Shown piece by piece: positions 9,867-19,052 of a stretch of DNA of 61,299 bases. The notes below the pieces were generated by a model. It was not told where the DNA came from and made no database searches. It saw only the letters and a list, made by a program, of their open reading frames with translations. The stretch's first letter is position 1. The number at the start of each line of letters is the position of its first letter. This stretch comes from Crocinitomicaceae bacterium (GTDB lineage: Bacteria > Bacteroidota > Bacteroidia > Flavobacteriales_D > Crocinitomicaceae), in the NCBI GenBank assembly GCA_020832365.1, contig JAFIEX010000001.1, forward strand, positions 1 to 61,299, given 5' to 3'. Position numbers and translations under genes: made by a program.

Positions 9867-9997
9867 ATACTTGCTTTTTTCCTTTTATCACAATTTTTAC
9901 TAATACCCTTAGATAAGCTTGTAACAAATACAATAAATGTATGTTTTAGAAGTTAGTCAAGCGTGCGAAGTTTTCGACGAATGTTAATAAAATATTT

Positions 9998-10028
9998 TTG
10001 TTAGATTAAGAAATTCGAAGTATCTTTG
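9998..10028 (+). promoter_or_regulatory. Bacteroidota-type promoter of rpoD (-33 TTG, -7 TATCTTTG)
   Basis: TTG at 9998-10000, a 20-nt spacer, then TATCTTTG at 10021-10028, 42 nt before the ATG. Matches the TTG/TAnnTTTG consensus. Confidence 0.65.
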
Positions 10029-10069
10029 CGCCCACTTTACTCATTAATATTTGATAGCAATTTAAGCAT

Positions 10070-10936
10070 ATGAGACAATTAAAGATTACAAAATCAATCA
10101 CCAACCGCGAAAGTCAATCCCTAGATAAATACTTACAAGATATCGGTAAAGAAGAGTTAATCACTGCCGAGGAAGAAGTAGAGTTAGCAAGAAGAATTAA
10201 GGAAGGAGACCAAAGAGCTTTGGAGAAACTTACAAGAGCAAATTTGCGTTTCGTTGTTTCTGTAGCTAAGCAATACCAAAACCAAGGTTTGACCTTACCT
10301 GATTTAATCAACGAAGGAAATTTAGGCTTGATCAAAGCAGCACAAAAGTTTGATGAAACAAGAGGTTTTAAATTTATCTCCTATGCTGTTTGGTGGATTC
10401 GTCAATCTATTTTACAAGCGTTAGCAGAACAGGCTAGAATCGTGCGTTTACCGCTAAATCAGGTGGGGTCTTTGAATAAAATTAACAAGGCATTTTCTCG
10501 TTTGGAGCAGGAGTATGAAAGACCGCCTTCGGCTGAAGAATTAGCTGAAGCACTTGAAGTGCCTGAAGATAAAGTAAAAGAAAGTCTAAACGTAGCAGGA
10601 AGACATGTGTCTATGGATGCGCCATTAAGTTCTGCAGAAGACGGAGGTACTTTAATGGATGTTATGACAAACCCAGATTCTCCTAAAGCAGATACTTTGC
10701 TAATGTCAGAATCTTTACAAAGAGAAATTGAACGCTCTTTATCTACTTTAACTGACAAAGAGAGAGAAATTATTCGTTTGTTCTTCGGAATTGGAATGAA
10801 TCATGGTTTGACTTTAGAGGAGATTGGCGCAAAATTCAACCTCACTCGTGAGCGCGTACGCCAAATTAAAGAGAAAGCAATTCGACGTTTAAGACATACG
10901 TCACGTAATAAATTATTAAAAGCCTATTTAGGTTAA
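10070..10936 (+). CDS. rpoD: Primary RNA polymerase sigma factor (sigma-70/SigA, short Bacteroidota form)
   Basis: 288 aa. Region 2 ([28 protein letters not shown]) and region 4 ([24 protein letters not shown]). Confidence 0.9.
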   Translation: MRQLKITKSITNRESQSLDKYLQDIGKEELITAEEEVELARRIKEGDQRALEKLTRANLRFVVSVAKQYQNQGLTLPDLINEGNLGLIKAAQKFDETRGFKFISYAVWWIRQSILQALAEQARIVRLPLNQVGSLNKINKAFSRLEQEYERPPSAEELAEALEVPEDKVKESLNVAGRHVSMDAPLSSAEDGGTLMDVMTNPDSPKADTLLMSESLQREIERSLSTLTDKEREIIRLFFGIGMNHGLTLEEIGAKFNLTRERVRQIKEKAIRRLRHTSRNKLLKAYLG

Positions 10937-10943
10937 CAGAAAT

Positions 10944-10971
10944 AAAGGCTGCCGGATTGGTGGCCTTTTTT
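10944..10971 (+). terminator. Probable terminator after rpoD
   Basis: AAAGGCTGCCG...TGGTGGCCTTT stem with G-U pairs, followed by a T-run. Confidence 0.55.
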
Positions 10972-11011
10972 GTTTCGTAAAATCTGTAATTATCAACTAT
11001 AAATTAAAATC

Positions 11012-12463
11012 ATGAACACTGATTTAGATTATGAAGTACAGCTAGATGCGCATGTTAAGAGAGAACGTGCAGCAGTAAAGCTGGCAAGTAAAACAGGTCA
11101 ATTATTGTATGACCATGGTGTGGAGCTTGTTTTATTTAGAAACCACCTAGTGAACCTCTCAGTTTCGGAAATTCTTAACCTGCATGAGTATGCAGCAAAA
11201 GTAGTGAACAAACCAATCGATGTTTTCACAACTTCAACATTGGCAGAAGAACTTTTGAAGATGGATTTGGCGCCATCTAAAATTGATATTGGGAAACTTA
11301 CTTTTGAATACTTGGAAGAGCAAAGTAAATTTGCTTCAAAAGCTGACTTTTTAAATGACAAATTGGCTAGCTTTATTGGAAAAGATAAATTCCAACTGGC
11401 ACCAAGAGATGTGGTTTTGTATGGCTTTGGTCGTATTGGTCGTCTTGCAGCGCGTGAATTAATCAAACAAGCTGGTAAAGGACAGCAGTTGCGTTTAAGA
11501 GCAATTGTAACGAGAGACAACTCAGATTTAACTATCACTAAGCGTGCAGCATTGTTTAAAAATGATTCTGTGCACGGAGCTTTTGATGGAACTGTAGACC
11601 TGGATTTAGAGAACAAGACACTGACAATTAATGGTCAAACGATTCAAATGATTGCAGCAAAGAATCCTGAGGACATTGATTATACAGCTTATGGTATTAA
11701 AAATGCCTTATTAATTGATAATACTGGTGTTTTTACAGATAGAACTGCTTTGAGTCGTCATTTGCAATCAAATGGTGTAGATAAAGTAATTTTAACTGCT
11801 CCAGGGAAGGAGATTCCAAATATTGTTTATGGCATTAACCAAGGAGATTTAGATATAGAAAATGAGAAAATATTCTCAGCGGCGTCTTGTACAACAAATG
11901 CTATTTCTCCTGTTTTGAAGGTCGTAAATGATGCTTTCGGTATCGAAAAAGGTCATATCGAAACGGTGCATGCGTACACCAATGATCAAAACTTATTGGA
12001 CAATATGCATAACAAGCCTAGAAGAGGTAGGTCTGCGGCCATCAACATGGTAATTACTTCAACTGGTGCGGGTAAAGCCGTAACAAAGGTTATTCCTGAT
12101 TTACAAGATAAATTAACGGCAAATGCTGTGCGTGTTCCTACGCCTAATGGTTCTTTAGCTATTTTGTCTTTGGCTTTGCGTTCAGAAACAACTGTGGCAG
12201 AAATCAATGAGAAGATTCGTTTTGCTGCGTTAAATGGTAATTTAGTAAATCAAATCTATTATTCGATTGATCCAGAATTAGTATCAAACGATATCATTGG
12301 AAATACATGCTGCTCAGTTTATGATGCACCTGCAACAATTGTTTCCCCTGATGGAAAAAATGTAGTGCTTTACACATGGTACGATAATGAGTTTGGTTAT
12401 ACCAAGCAGGTTATTCGATTGGCGAAATATGTAGCCAAGGTGAGAAGAATGATTTATTACTAG
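11012..12463 (+). CDS. Long-form glyceraldehyde-3-phosphate dehydrogenase paralog (about 130-aa N-terminal extension)
   Basis: 483 aa. Rossmann motif YGFGRIGR begins about res 137. Catalytic-Cys motif SAASCTTNAISP and C-terminal WYDNEFGY. Confidence 0.8.
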   Translation: MNTDLDYEVQLDAHVKRERAAVKLASKTGQLLYDHGVELVLFRNHLVNLSVSEILNLHEYAAKVVNKPIDVFTTSTLAEELLKMDLAPSKIDIGKLTFEYLEEQSKFASKADFLNDKLASFIGKDKFQLAPRDVVLYGFGRIGRLAARELIKQAGKGQQLRLRAIVTRDNSDLTITKRAALFKNDSVHGAFDGTVDLDLENKTLTINGQTIQMIAAKNPEDIDYTAYGIKNALLIDNTGVFTDRTALSRHLQSNGVDKVILTAPGKEIPNIVYGINQGDLDIENEKIFSAASCTTNAISPVLKVVNDAFGIEKGHIETVHAYTNDQNLLDNMHNKPRRGRSAAINMVITSTGAGKAVTKVIPDLQDKLTANAVRVPTPNGSLAILSLALRSETTVAEINEKIRFAALNGNLVNQIYYSIDPELVSNDIIGNTCCSVYDAPATIVSPDGKNVVLYTWYDNEFGYTKQVIRLAKYVAKVRRMIYY

Positions 12464-12487
12464 TCAATAGATAGTTAATTGTAGCAA

Positions 12488-12515
12488 AGGCCTCCGAGTT
12501 TCGGGGGCTTTTTTT
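12488..12515 (+). terminator. Rho-independent terminator after the long-form GAPDH gene
   Basis: Stem GCCTCCGA/TCGGGGGC with one G-U pair, loop GTT, followed by T7. Confidence 0.8.
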
Positions 12516-12592
12516 ATGCTATTTTTTTAATAACCTTGAGTTAATCCTTAATTAACCTTTAAGCTGTTCTTTTGCAATAAACTTTTAAAAAG

Positions 12593-13240
12593 ATGCGCTT
12601 ATTTTTTTTTAGCTTAATGGTTATAATCTTGCATGGATGTACCAAAGACAGGGCCATCAATATCCCGCCAATCATGGTTGATGGTGACAGAACTGTTTTA
12701 GCTTATTGGGATTTCAACAATGTGCAGCAAGAAGATATATTACTTCCATCAGTGCAAGTAAACACAAGTTTCTTAGCTTATTTAAGTGCCTCTGGTGTTT
12801 TGAATTATTGCAGTGGTGCAAACCAGTCTTGTTATGAAACTACTAATGATTTTACAGCGTTAAATCTTTTGGAAGGATTTCAAGCAGGAACGGTACTTCG
12901 ATTGAGAAATCCAGGAGATGCATTGCTTTTAAATATCGACACTAAAGATTATGCGAACATTAGAATAGATTATGCGGCAAGACGAACAGGAAGCGGTGCA
13001 AAACTCAATGAAATTTTTTATTCCGTGGATGGGACCAATTTTTTGAATAGCGGCTTATCCGAGTTTAGTTTTGTTGTTGAAGAAGAGTGGCGTCTGATTA
13101 CTGTTGATTTATCAAATATTCCTTCGGTGAATAACAATGAAAATTTACGCATTAAAATTGATTTTGCAGACGGAAACAACAATGATTCCGGTAATAATCG
13201 CATTGATAATTTATTAATAACTGGACAAAAAATAAATTAA
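12593..13240 (+). CDS. Hypothetical lipoprotein (beta-sandwich-like)
   Basis: 215 aa with a lipoprotein signal (ILHGC). The stop abuts the next ATG (TAA-ATG). No family recognised. Confidence 0.5.
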   Translation: MRLFFFSLMVIILHGCTKDRAINIPPIMVDGDRTVLAYWDFNNVQQEDILLPSVQVNTSFLAYLSASGVLNYCSGANQSCYETTNDFTALNLLEGFQAGTVLRLRNPGDALLLNIDTKDYANIRIDYAARRTGSGAKLNEIFYSVDGTNFLNSGLSEFSFVVEEEWRLITVDLSNIPSVNNNENLRIKIDFADGNNNDSGNNRIDNLLITGQKIN

Positions 13241-13966
13241 ATGAGACAGTTATACTGGATTTTACCTTTTCTTTTCCTGCTTGCTTCTGCTTTTATAGTA
13301 AAAAAGGCGACACACATTAAACCTAAAGAAAGCTTTTTTACAAATGTACCTGAGCCTTCAGATATCTGCAATCATCCCAATAACAATAATTACTTCATGG
13401 TTAGTGACAATGGTTATTTATTTGAAGTGGATGAAAACGGACAAATTATTAGAAAAGCTGATTTTGAAGGATTTGATTGTGAGGGAGTGCACGCTGATGA
13501 AAATTTTGTCTATGTTGTAGAGGAGATGGTGCGAAAAATACGTGTTTTCGATTTGAATACACTAGAATTAGTTCGAACAGTTCATTTGCCTTATCAAGGT
13601 GGGAGAAACAAGGGGTATGAGGCGATAACTTTCAATAAAGCAAAAAATAGAATGGTTATATTAACTGAAAAAGACCCTATCTATTTGTTTGAATTGAATG
13701 AAGACTTGAGTATTTACAATGAGATTCTTCTTGATGGGATAGCACGGGATATTTCAGCAGCTACTTATCATGCTGATCATCTTTGGTTGTTAAGTGATGA
13801 AGACAGAACGGTTTTTAAGTTAGATCCGAATAACTATAAAGTTTTAGCTGCTTGGAAATTTCCAATCATTAACCCCGAAGGGTTAGTCTTTAATAAAAAA
13901 GATCAGATGGTGATCGTCTCTGATGATATGGAAAAATTCTTCATTTTTGAAACCCCATTACCATGA
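13241..13966 (+). CDS. SdiA-regulated/YjiK-like beta-propeller protein
   Basis: 241 aa with a signal anchor. The pattern EPSDI...VSDNGYLFEVDENGQIIRK...FDCEGV...VYVVEE resembles the SdiA-regulated (YjiK) family. Confidence 0.6.
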   Translation: MRQLYWILPFLFLLASAFIVKKATHIKPKESFFTNVPEPSDICNHPNNNNYFMVSDNGYLFEVDENGQIIRKADFEGFDCEGVHADENFVYVVEEMVRKIRVFDLNTLELVRTVHLPYQGGRNKGYEAITFNKAKNRMVILTEKDPIYLFELNEDLSIYNEILLDGIARDISAATYHADHLWLLSDEDRTVFKLDPNNYKVLAAWKFPIINPEGLVFNKKDQMVIVSDDMEKFFIFETPLP

Positions 13967-15135
13967 GAAAATTAATTCTTGTTGTTTTATTGATTATAGC
14001 GTATGTACCAACTAATGCGCAATTATCGCTTGGTAACGGTCAACATGTTTTGGAAATTACAGGAGGAGTTTCTACATACTACAATCAGCGTATTTTGAAA
14101 GAAACCAGTGATAATAAGAATAAAGACAGGTTTCGGTTGCGAGATGCGCAGTTGCAGCTAGAGGGACGTTACAAAAATACCATAGCATACGAGCTGCAAG
14201 TAGATTTCGTAGATTTAGCCTCGTTTGCTACTGGTGCAATTGACCCAGAGAACCCTGGTTTGATGGATGCTTTTGTAACATACAAAGGCTTAGGTTTTAT
14301 GGATATTCAAATGGGTTATGGTAAATTGTTTTATTCTCGAAGCTCCTTAGTACCTTTTCAATACACCACATTTTGGCAGCGAGCACAAATTGTAAGAGGG
14401 GATATGTTTAGCAGAAGAGATGTTGGAATTACCTTAATGAGTGATTTTTGGAGACAGCGCATCAATCTATATGGTGGCGTTTACACTGGTTTAGGTGAAT
14501 TAAGTATTCGTGGGGATAATGATGCTAGCGGTCAACCGGAATTTGTAGGTAGAATAGATATTGCTTACCCTTCACGTTTTCGGTATAGAGATATTGATGA
14601 TAAAATCACGCCAATACCAATGTTTCAACTTGGTGTAAATGGAAGGTATGCCAACAAGCAACTACCTGAGGGAAGATCATTTCCAGCTTTTTCAACTGGC
14701 GAGTTCGGTTTAAAGGTTATCAACGGCGAAAGATACCTTTATGGCATGGATGCTGCATTCCAGTACATGGGCTTTTCAGCACAATTTGAAATTCATCAAA
14801 TGCATGCTATTCCACAATTAGAGAATGATGCACTTTTTCAGGGGTTACCTATTGATCAAACAGATGGGTTTGTGCTAGCTGGAGGTTATGTGACACAATT
14901 GAACTACCATTATCGACCATGGAAGTCAATTATATCGTTGCGTTTTGAAGAATTAGACTTGAATGATTTAGTGCCGGGTAATTCACAACGATTATCTATT
15001 GGTGCAGCATATCAATTTCGGGGGTTTGATTCCATGTTGAAATTTCAATACTTTAGAATTTTGAGAGAAGAGAGCATAGACCCCATAAGATGGACAGAGC
15101 AGTTTAGAATTGGTTGGCAGTATAACTTTAAGTAG
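13963..15135 (+). CDS. Outer-membrane beta-barrel porin (phosphate-selective porin O/P-like)
   Basis: 390 aa with a signal peptide (TNAQ). The early FRLRDAQLQLEGRY motif and alternating beta-strand pattern ending ...WQYNFK fit a porin. ATGA overlap with the upstream gene. Confidence 0.55.
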   Translation: MRKLILVVLLIIAYVPTNAQLSLGNGQHVLEITGGVSTYYNQRILKETSDNKNKDRFRLRDAQLQLEGRYKNTIAYELQVDFVDLASFATGAIDPENPGLMDAFVTYKGLGFMDIQMGYGKLFYSRSSLVPFQYTTFWQRAQIVRGDMFSRRDVGITLMSDFWRQRINLYGGVYTGLGELSIRGDNDASGQPEFVGRIDIAYPSRFRYRDIDDKITPIPMFQLGVNGRYANKQLPEGRSFPAFSTGEFGLKVINGERYLYGMDAAFQYMGFSAQFEIHQMHAIPQLENDALFQGLPIDQTDGFVLAGGYVTQLNYHYRPWKSIISLRFEELDLNDLVPGNSQRLSIGAAYQFRGFDSMLKFQYFRILREESIDPIRWTEQFRIGWQYNFK

Positions 15136-15166
15136 CTTCGTTATGCTAAACTGCAATTGGTGAAAA

Positions 15167-15613
15167 TCAATGCACCATCATAATCACTATGTCATTTTGA
15201 ACTAGCGTAACCATGTTACCTGCATCATTGAGCATTGTTAATTCTAAATCAAACTTTTCTTTCACTTTTTCTGGAACATTCCTTAGGTTGTTTCTCCATT
15301 CCAATTGATTTTTCCCAGAGAATGCAGATTGATCCATTTCATCTAATTCCAAAATATTACCATTTGTTGTCCGTACAACAGCTTCTTTAATTTTCCAGTT
15401 ATTTTCAAATGGCTTTCCATCTGCTCTCCGCATCGCTATAACAACATAAGGTAATTTAGGTGTTTCGGATACCCCAGGCATTACATCAACAAAGCATTCA
15501 ACAATTAATACAAAGTCTTCGCTTGGAAGGGTTTGCGTTTTGCGTTTTAAAACGCCACAATTTGACAACAAAAAGCCAAATAGAACGATCATTAGAATAT
15601 AATTAGCCTTCAT
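15167..15613 (-). CDS. Hypothetical lipoprotein; last gene of the MbnP-like operon
   Basis: 148 aa with a lipoprotein signal (LLSNC). Lies 29 nt downstream of the hydroxylase gene on the same strand. Confidence 0.5.
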   Translation of the reverse strand: MKANYILMIVLFGFLLSNCGVLKRKTQTLPSEDFVLIVECFVDVMPGVSETPKLPYVVIAMRRADGKPFENNWKIKEAVVRTTNGNILELDEMDQSAFSGKNQLEWRNNLRNVPEKVKEKFDLELTMLNDAGNMVTLVQNDIVIMMVH

Positions 15614-15642
15614 GGATAAAATTTAGTGTTGGTTTAAAGTTA

Positions 15643-16560
15643 TTATTTTTTCTTGACTTTTGAACTTGTCTTTTTCTTTTTTCCAAAAGCCTCACGAAAA
15701 GGATGAATCATTTGACCAACAAATGTGGTTGGGATTTTTGCTTGATCATCCACGCCAAGTTGAGGGGTTTCTTTATTTCTAGGGTAATAGAAATAACCGA
15801 AAATGTGATCCCAAACCGTTAGTACCGAAGCGAAATTCACGCCATATTTTCCTGGGATATTTTTAGCATGGTGCCAATAGTGCGTCTCTGGCGTAATGAG
15901 TAAATAATTAAGTGGTTTAAAATTAACACGTATGTTGGCATGTGAGAAAAAAGTAAAACTTAGCCCTATCCACAAATAAACAGCGAAAAAGCTTGAAACC
16001 GGCACGTTTAAGAGGATAAAAGGAATAAAAAGTAGTGGTTTAAAAACTAAATATTCCATCCAGTGAAAATGCCTAGTTGATGCAAACCCTAATTCTTCTT
16101 GGGCATGATGAATTTTATGAAAGTGCCAAAGAAAATCGACGCGGTGCAATAGAAAATGCCCGAACCACTGCATAAAATCTAAAACAAAGAATATAATTAG
16201 GAATTGAACTGCGCCATTTAATTGTGTAATATCAAAAATTAAAAAATCTGAAACCCCAAAAATGCCCATGGTTTGGGTGAATATATATTCTACAGCCTTT
16301 GCAGCTGCATAAAATCCAAACAGCATCAATAAAAAGTCAATAAAAATCACATAAAAGATGTCCAAGGCAAAACCTTTTCTTCCAACAGGACTGTAAGGCA
16401 GCTTTCTTGGAAGTGTGAGTTCCATGATGAAGGTCGCAACACAAATAAAGAATACCATATATAAAGGGTTATTCCAAGCGGGATTCTTTATCATGTAACC
16501 AAAATACTGCTTGTAAAAAGCGAAGTTTTCTGCAAATACATCTATAACGGATAAAACCAT
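15643..16560 (-). CDS. Fatty acid hydroxylase / sterol desaturase superfamily membrane di-iron enzyme
   Basis: 305 aa, multi-TM. Histidine boxes HFLLHRVDFLWHFHKIHHAQEE and HYWHH. Lys-rich C-terminal tail. Confidence 0.8.
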   Translation of the reverse strand: MVLSVIDVFAENFAFYKQYFGYMIKNPAWNNPLYMVFFICVATFIMELTLPRKLPYSPVGRKGFALDIFYVIFIDFLLMLFGFYAAAKAVEYIFTQTMGIFGVSDFLIFDITQLNGAVQFLIIFFVLDFMQWFGHFLLHRVDFLWHFHKIHHAQEELGFASTRHFHWMEYLVFKPLLFIPFILLNVPVSSFFAVYLWIGLSFTFFSHANIRVNFKPLNYLLITPETHYWHHAKNIPGKYGVNFASVLTVWDHIFGYFYYPRNKETPQLGVDDQAKIPTTFVGQMIHPFREAFGKKKKTSSKVKKK

Positions 16561-16584
16561 GACATTTTTTTGTAAAATTAAAGA

Positions 16585-17607
16585 TTATGGTTCAGAAAAT
16601 AATGGGTTGTTAATGAATTCGTGGTCGGTTAATGTCTTCAGAAAGGCTAATAGTGCTTTTTTTTCTTCCAAACTAAGGTGCAAATTTTTTAATTCTGGTG
16701 CTAAAGTTTCAGTGTAAATAATTCCTTCACTGTAATGGTTGATAACATCTTCTAGTGTTTGCATGCGACCATCATGCATGTAGGGCCATGTCAATTCCAC
16801 ATTTCGTAAACTTGGGATTTTAAATTTGCCTAAATCACTTTCTCGATGGGTGATTTCCTTTCTTCCTTCATCATTAAAAACGCTGTCAATGCCATTGTTT
16901 GCAAATCCGAAGTTGCTGAATAAAGGTGGAGTGTGGCAGCTTGCGCAATGTTGATTAAATAAATTCAGGCCTTCTTTTTGTTGCGCATTAAATTTACTCT
17001 GACCTCTGCGGTATTCGTCATATAAGGATTGATCTGAAATTTTTACTGCCATAAATTGTGTAAGCGCATAAAGAAGCTCTAAACTGGTTATTTCATCAAC
17101 ATCAAAGGCTTCTTTAAATAATTTTTGGTAGCTGGCAATTCCATTAAGCCGATCTAGTAGGTCGTTTAAGGGCATGTTCATTTCGTTCTCATCCGTAATG
17201 GGCGCTACGGAAAATATTTCAATGTGATTGACACCACCATCCCAGTTAAAGTGTGGATGCCATGCAAGGTTAAACAAAGGAGGGCTGTTTCTTCTTCCTT
17301 GCGCACCATTTACACCTGATGAAAGCGCTTTTCCTGGGTCACTAAATGCGGCATGTTGGAAATGACAAGATGCGCATGAAACGGAGTTGTCTATAGATAA
17401 ACGTTTGTCATAAAACATTTTGCGGCCAAGCTCAAAGCCCTTTACACTTAAGGAATTATTGGTTTGAAATTGGTAAACAGGTGTTGGGAAATCTGATGGC
17501 ACCTCAAAATCGATGATGCGATTTTGAGGTGCGTTATCAAATCTTTTTTGGCATGCAACTAAGCTAATTACCAAACAAGCAAGTAGTATTTGAACTACAT
17601 TTTTCAC
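16585..17607 (-). CDS. Di-haem cytochrome c peroxidase family enzyme (MauG/MbnH-like)
   Basis: 340 aa with a lipoprotein-type signal (LVAC). Two haem-c motifs, CASCH twice. The GTG start overlaps the upstream stop by 1 nt (TAGTG). Confidence 0.85.
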   Translation of the reverse strand: MKNVVQILLACLVISLVACQKRFDNAPQNRIIDFEVPSDFPTPVYQFQTNNSLSVKGFELGRKMFYDKRLSIDNSVSCASCHFQHAAFSDPGKALSSGVNGAQGRRNSPPLFNLAWHPHFNWDGGVNHIEIFSVAPITDENEMNMPLNDLLDRLNGIASYQKLFKEAFDVDEITSLELLYALTQFMAVKISDQSLYDEYRRGQSKFNAQQKEGLNLFNQHCASCHTPPLFSNFGFANNGIDSVFNDEGRKEITHRESDLGKFKIPSLRNVELTWPYMHDGRMQTLEDVINHYSEGIIYTETLAPELKNLHLSLEEKKALLAFLKTLTDHEFINNPLFSEP

Positions 17608-18428
17608 TAATGTAAATGATCAATTATGAACCCCTCACTAAAGTTTGTTGCCATTGTCTCTGCCATTTGACCTGGCATATGTACTGATGGAGTATTGCTA
17701 ATTTGAATACCTCCATGCCATAATCTGGCTGCATTAACAAGGAAATGTATTGAGGCACCACCTCCTTTTCTAACGTTCAGTTCCTCACCATTGAATGTTT
17801 GGTTATTAATTCGTATGGCGTCTCCACCAACATCTTTACTGAAACCACCAATATGGTATGCGAAAAAGTCCATTGGCGCATCGTTGGAATGGCCTTCTGC
17901 TTTAATGAAAATGTATCCTGTTGTCCAAGACCAAAACATGCCATGCGATGGAGATAGTGCTCCAGTTTGCGCTCCAGAAACATTTCTTGTAGAATCTACA
18001 CCAATCATGTATGAAATTTCTGTATATTTTCCTAAAGGAACTCCTTCTAATACAATTTGTGGAACAGTGTTTTCTGTAACTTTAACTAAGTGGTAGCTTT
18101 CGTTTTCTGTCCACCAAGTACCATCAGCATTTTTCAATTTCACATTCGAAATGTAATAATTAAGCGTCGTGAAGTTGATATGGTTTTGCGTGCCTGGATG
18201 GGTTAAGTCTTCATTCATTGAAAAAGGCCCCCAAGTGTTACCCCATCTATGGTCAAATTTTAGTGCAACAGTGCTGCCTTCAAAGATGCACGAACCATCA
18301 TCCTTTTTAGCATCAGGGTTATAGTTGCTTGCATTTTCATCTGTACACCCTTCTTTTTTACATCCTGTTAAAGAAAGGGCTGCTATCGCTACTAAAGCGA
18401 CAAACATGGGTTGAAATATATTTTTCAT
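17607..18428 (-). CDS. MbnP-like periplasmic lipoprotein (putative copper-binding partner of the di-haem enzyme)
   Basis: 273 aa with a lipoprotein signal (LTGC). Size, beta-rich Trp/His-rich sequence (NFTTLNYYISNVKLKNADGTWW) and the position directly upstream of, and translationally coupled to, an MbnH-like gene fit the MbnP/MbnH pairing. Family call from memory, not an HMM. Confidence 0.5.
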   Translation of the reverse strand: MKNIFQPMFVALVAIAALSLTGCKKEGCTDENASNYNPDAKKDDGSCIFEGSTVALKFDHRWGNTWGPFSMNEDLTHPGTQNHINFTTLNYYISNVKLKNADGTWWTENESYHLVKVTENTVPQIVLEGVPLGKYTEISYMIGVDSTRNVSGAQTGALSPSHGMFWSWTTGYIFIKAEGHSNDAPMDFFAYHIGGFSKDVGGDAIRINNQTFNGEELNVRKGGGASIHFLVNAARLWHGGIQISNTPSVHMPGQMAETMATNFSEGFIIDHLH

Positions 18429-18519
18429 AGCTATAATTTTTTTAATTTATATGTTGAGATTAAACTCAGCTTTATTTTTTATTTATGTAACGTTGGCGCA
18501 ACTGGTTATGTTGCTTTTC

Positions 18520-18549
18520 ACATGGATTGCTTAAACTGTTCATCCATGT
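18520..18549. promoter_or_regulatory. 8-bp inverted repeat ACATGGAT-N14-ATCCATGT upstream of the MbnP-like operon
   Basis: Read directly. It lies 92-121 nt upstream of ATG 18428 in a 245-bp intergenic region. Function unknown. Confidence 0.3.
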
Positions 18550-18673
18550 TATTTTTTTATGAAAGATGAGGGTTTTTGTTTAAAACACCTAATTAATGTC
18601 TTAGCCTTTACAAAGTTGGCAAACAGCTATTGCTGCCTCTACACCAAAACGTTAATTTAAAGTCCCCAGTTGT

Positions 18674-19045
18674 TTATGTATGTTTTGGAGGATGGTAAAT
18701 ATCCTTTACAATATGAAAGGCATATGTGAAATTATAATACCAATTATGTGACTCGTGGTATTGAAGTATTGTAAATAAATTAGTTGCTTTTTCAGAAGGA
18801 ATAAACAACGGACCAATCTCGACTTGCGACGAACTAGGCGCAATCGGTTCATTGGGTGATTCTGATGCATCTGTGTTCATTGCTAACTGACATTTTCCAT
18901 TACATTTTTTCTCTGGAATGTCTTTATTGATACACAGTTCCGTGGCATATTTTTGATAACGAATGCTATAGTCTAACAGAACACCAAACTTGTAACCCGC
19001 GGGGAGTATAAGCGTAAAAAGTGTTATGTAAACGAACCATTTCAT
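18674..19045 (-). CDS. Hypothetical small membrane-anchored protein with a Cys motif
   Basis: 123 aa. N-terminal TM followed by CINKDIPEKKCNGKCQL. Lies 7 nt downstream of the coiled-coil gene. Confidence 0.4.
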   Translation of the reverse strand: MKWFVYITLFTLILPAGYKFGVLLDYSIRYQKYATELCINKDIPEKKCNGKCQLAMNTDASESPNEPIAPSSSQVEIGPLFIPSEKATNLFTILQYHESHNWYYNFTYAFHIVKDIYHPPKHT

Positions 19046-19052
19046 TGAAATA

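Noticed and set aside
12602-12610. A T9 homopolymer in codons 4-6 of the lipoprotein gene, considered as a slipped-strand phase-variation switch.
   Set aside because: It encodes the Phe-rich signal-peptide core. Similar A/T runs of 8-9 occur throughout this AT-rich window, for example near 25155, 53283 and 60640. There is no second in-frame start to suggest ON/OFF switching.
18452-18532. A 26-codon hydrophobic mini-ORF (MLRLNSALFFIYVTLAQLVMLLFTWIA) on the plus strand upstream of the MbnP-like operon.
   Set aside because: It is very short, lies on the opposite strand to the neighbouring operons, and has no promoter box. Hydrophobic codons are expected by chance in T-rich DNA.
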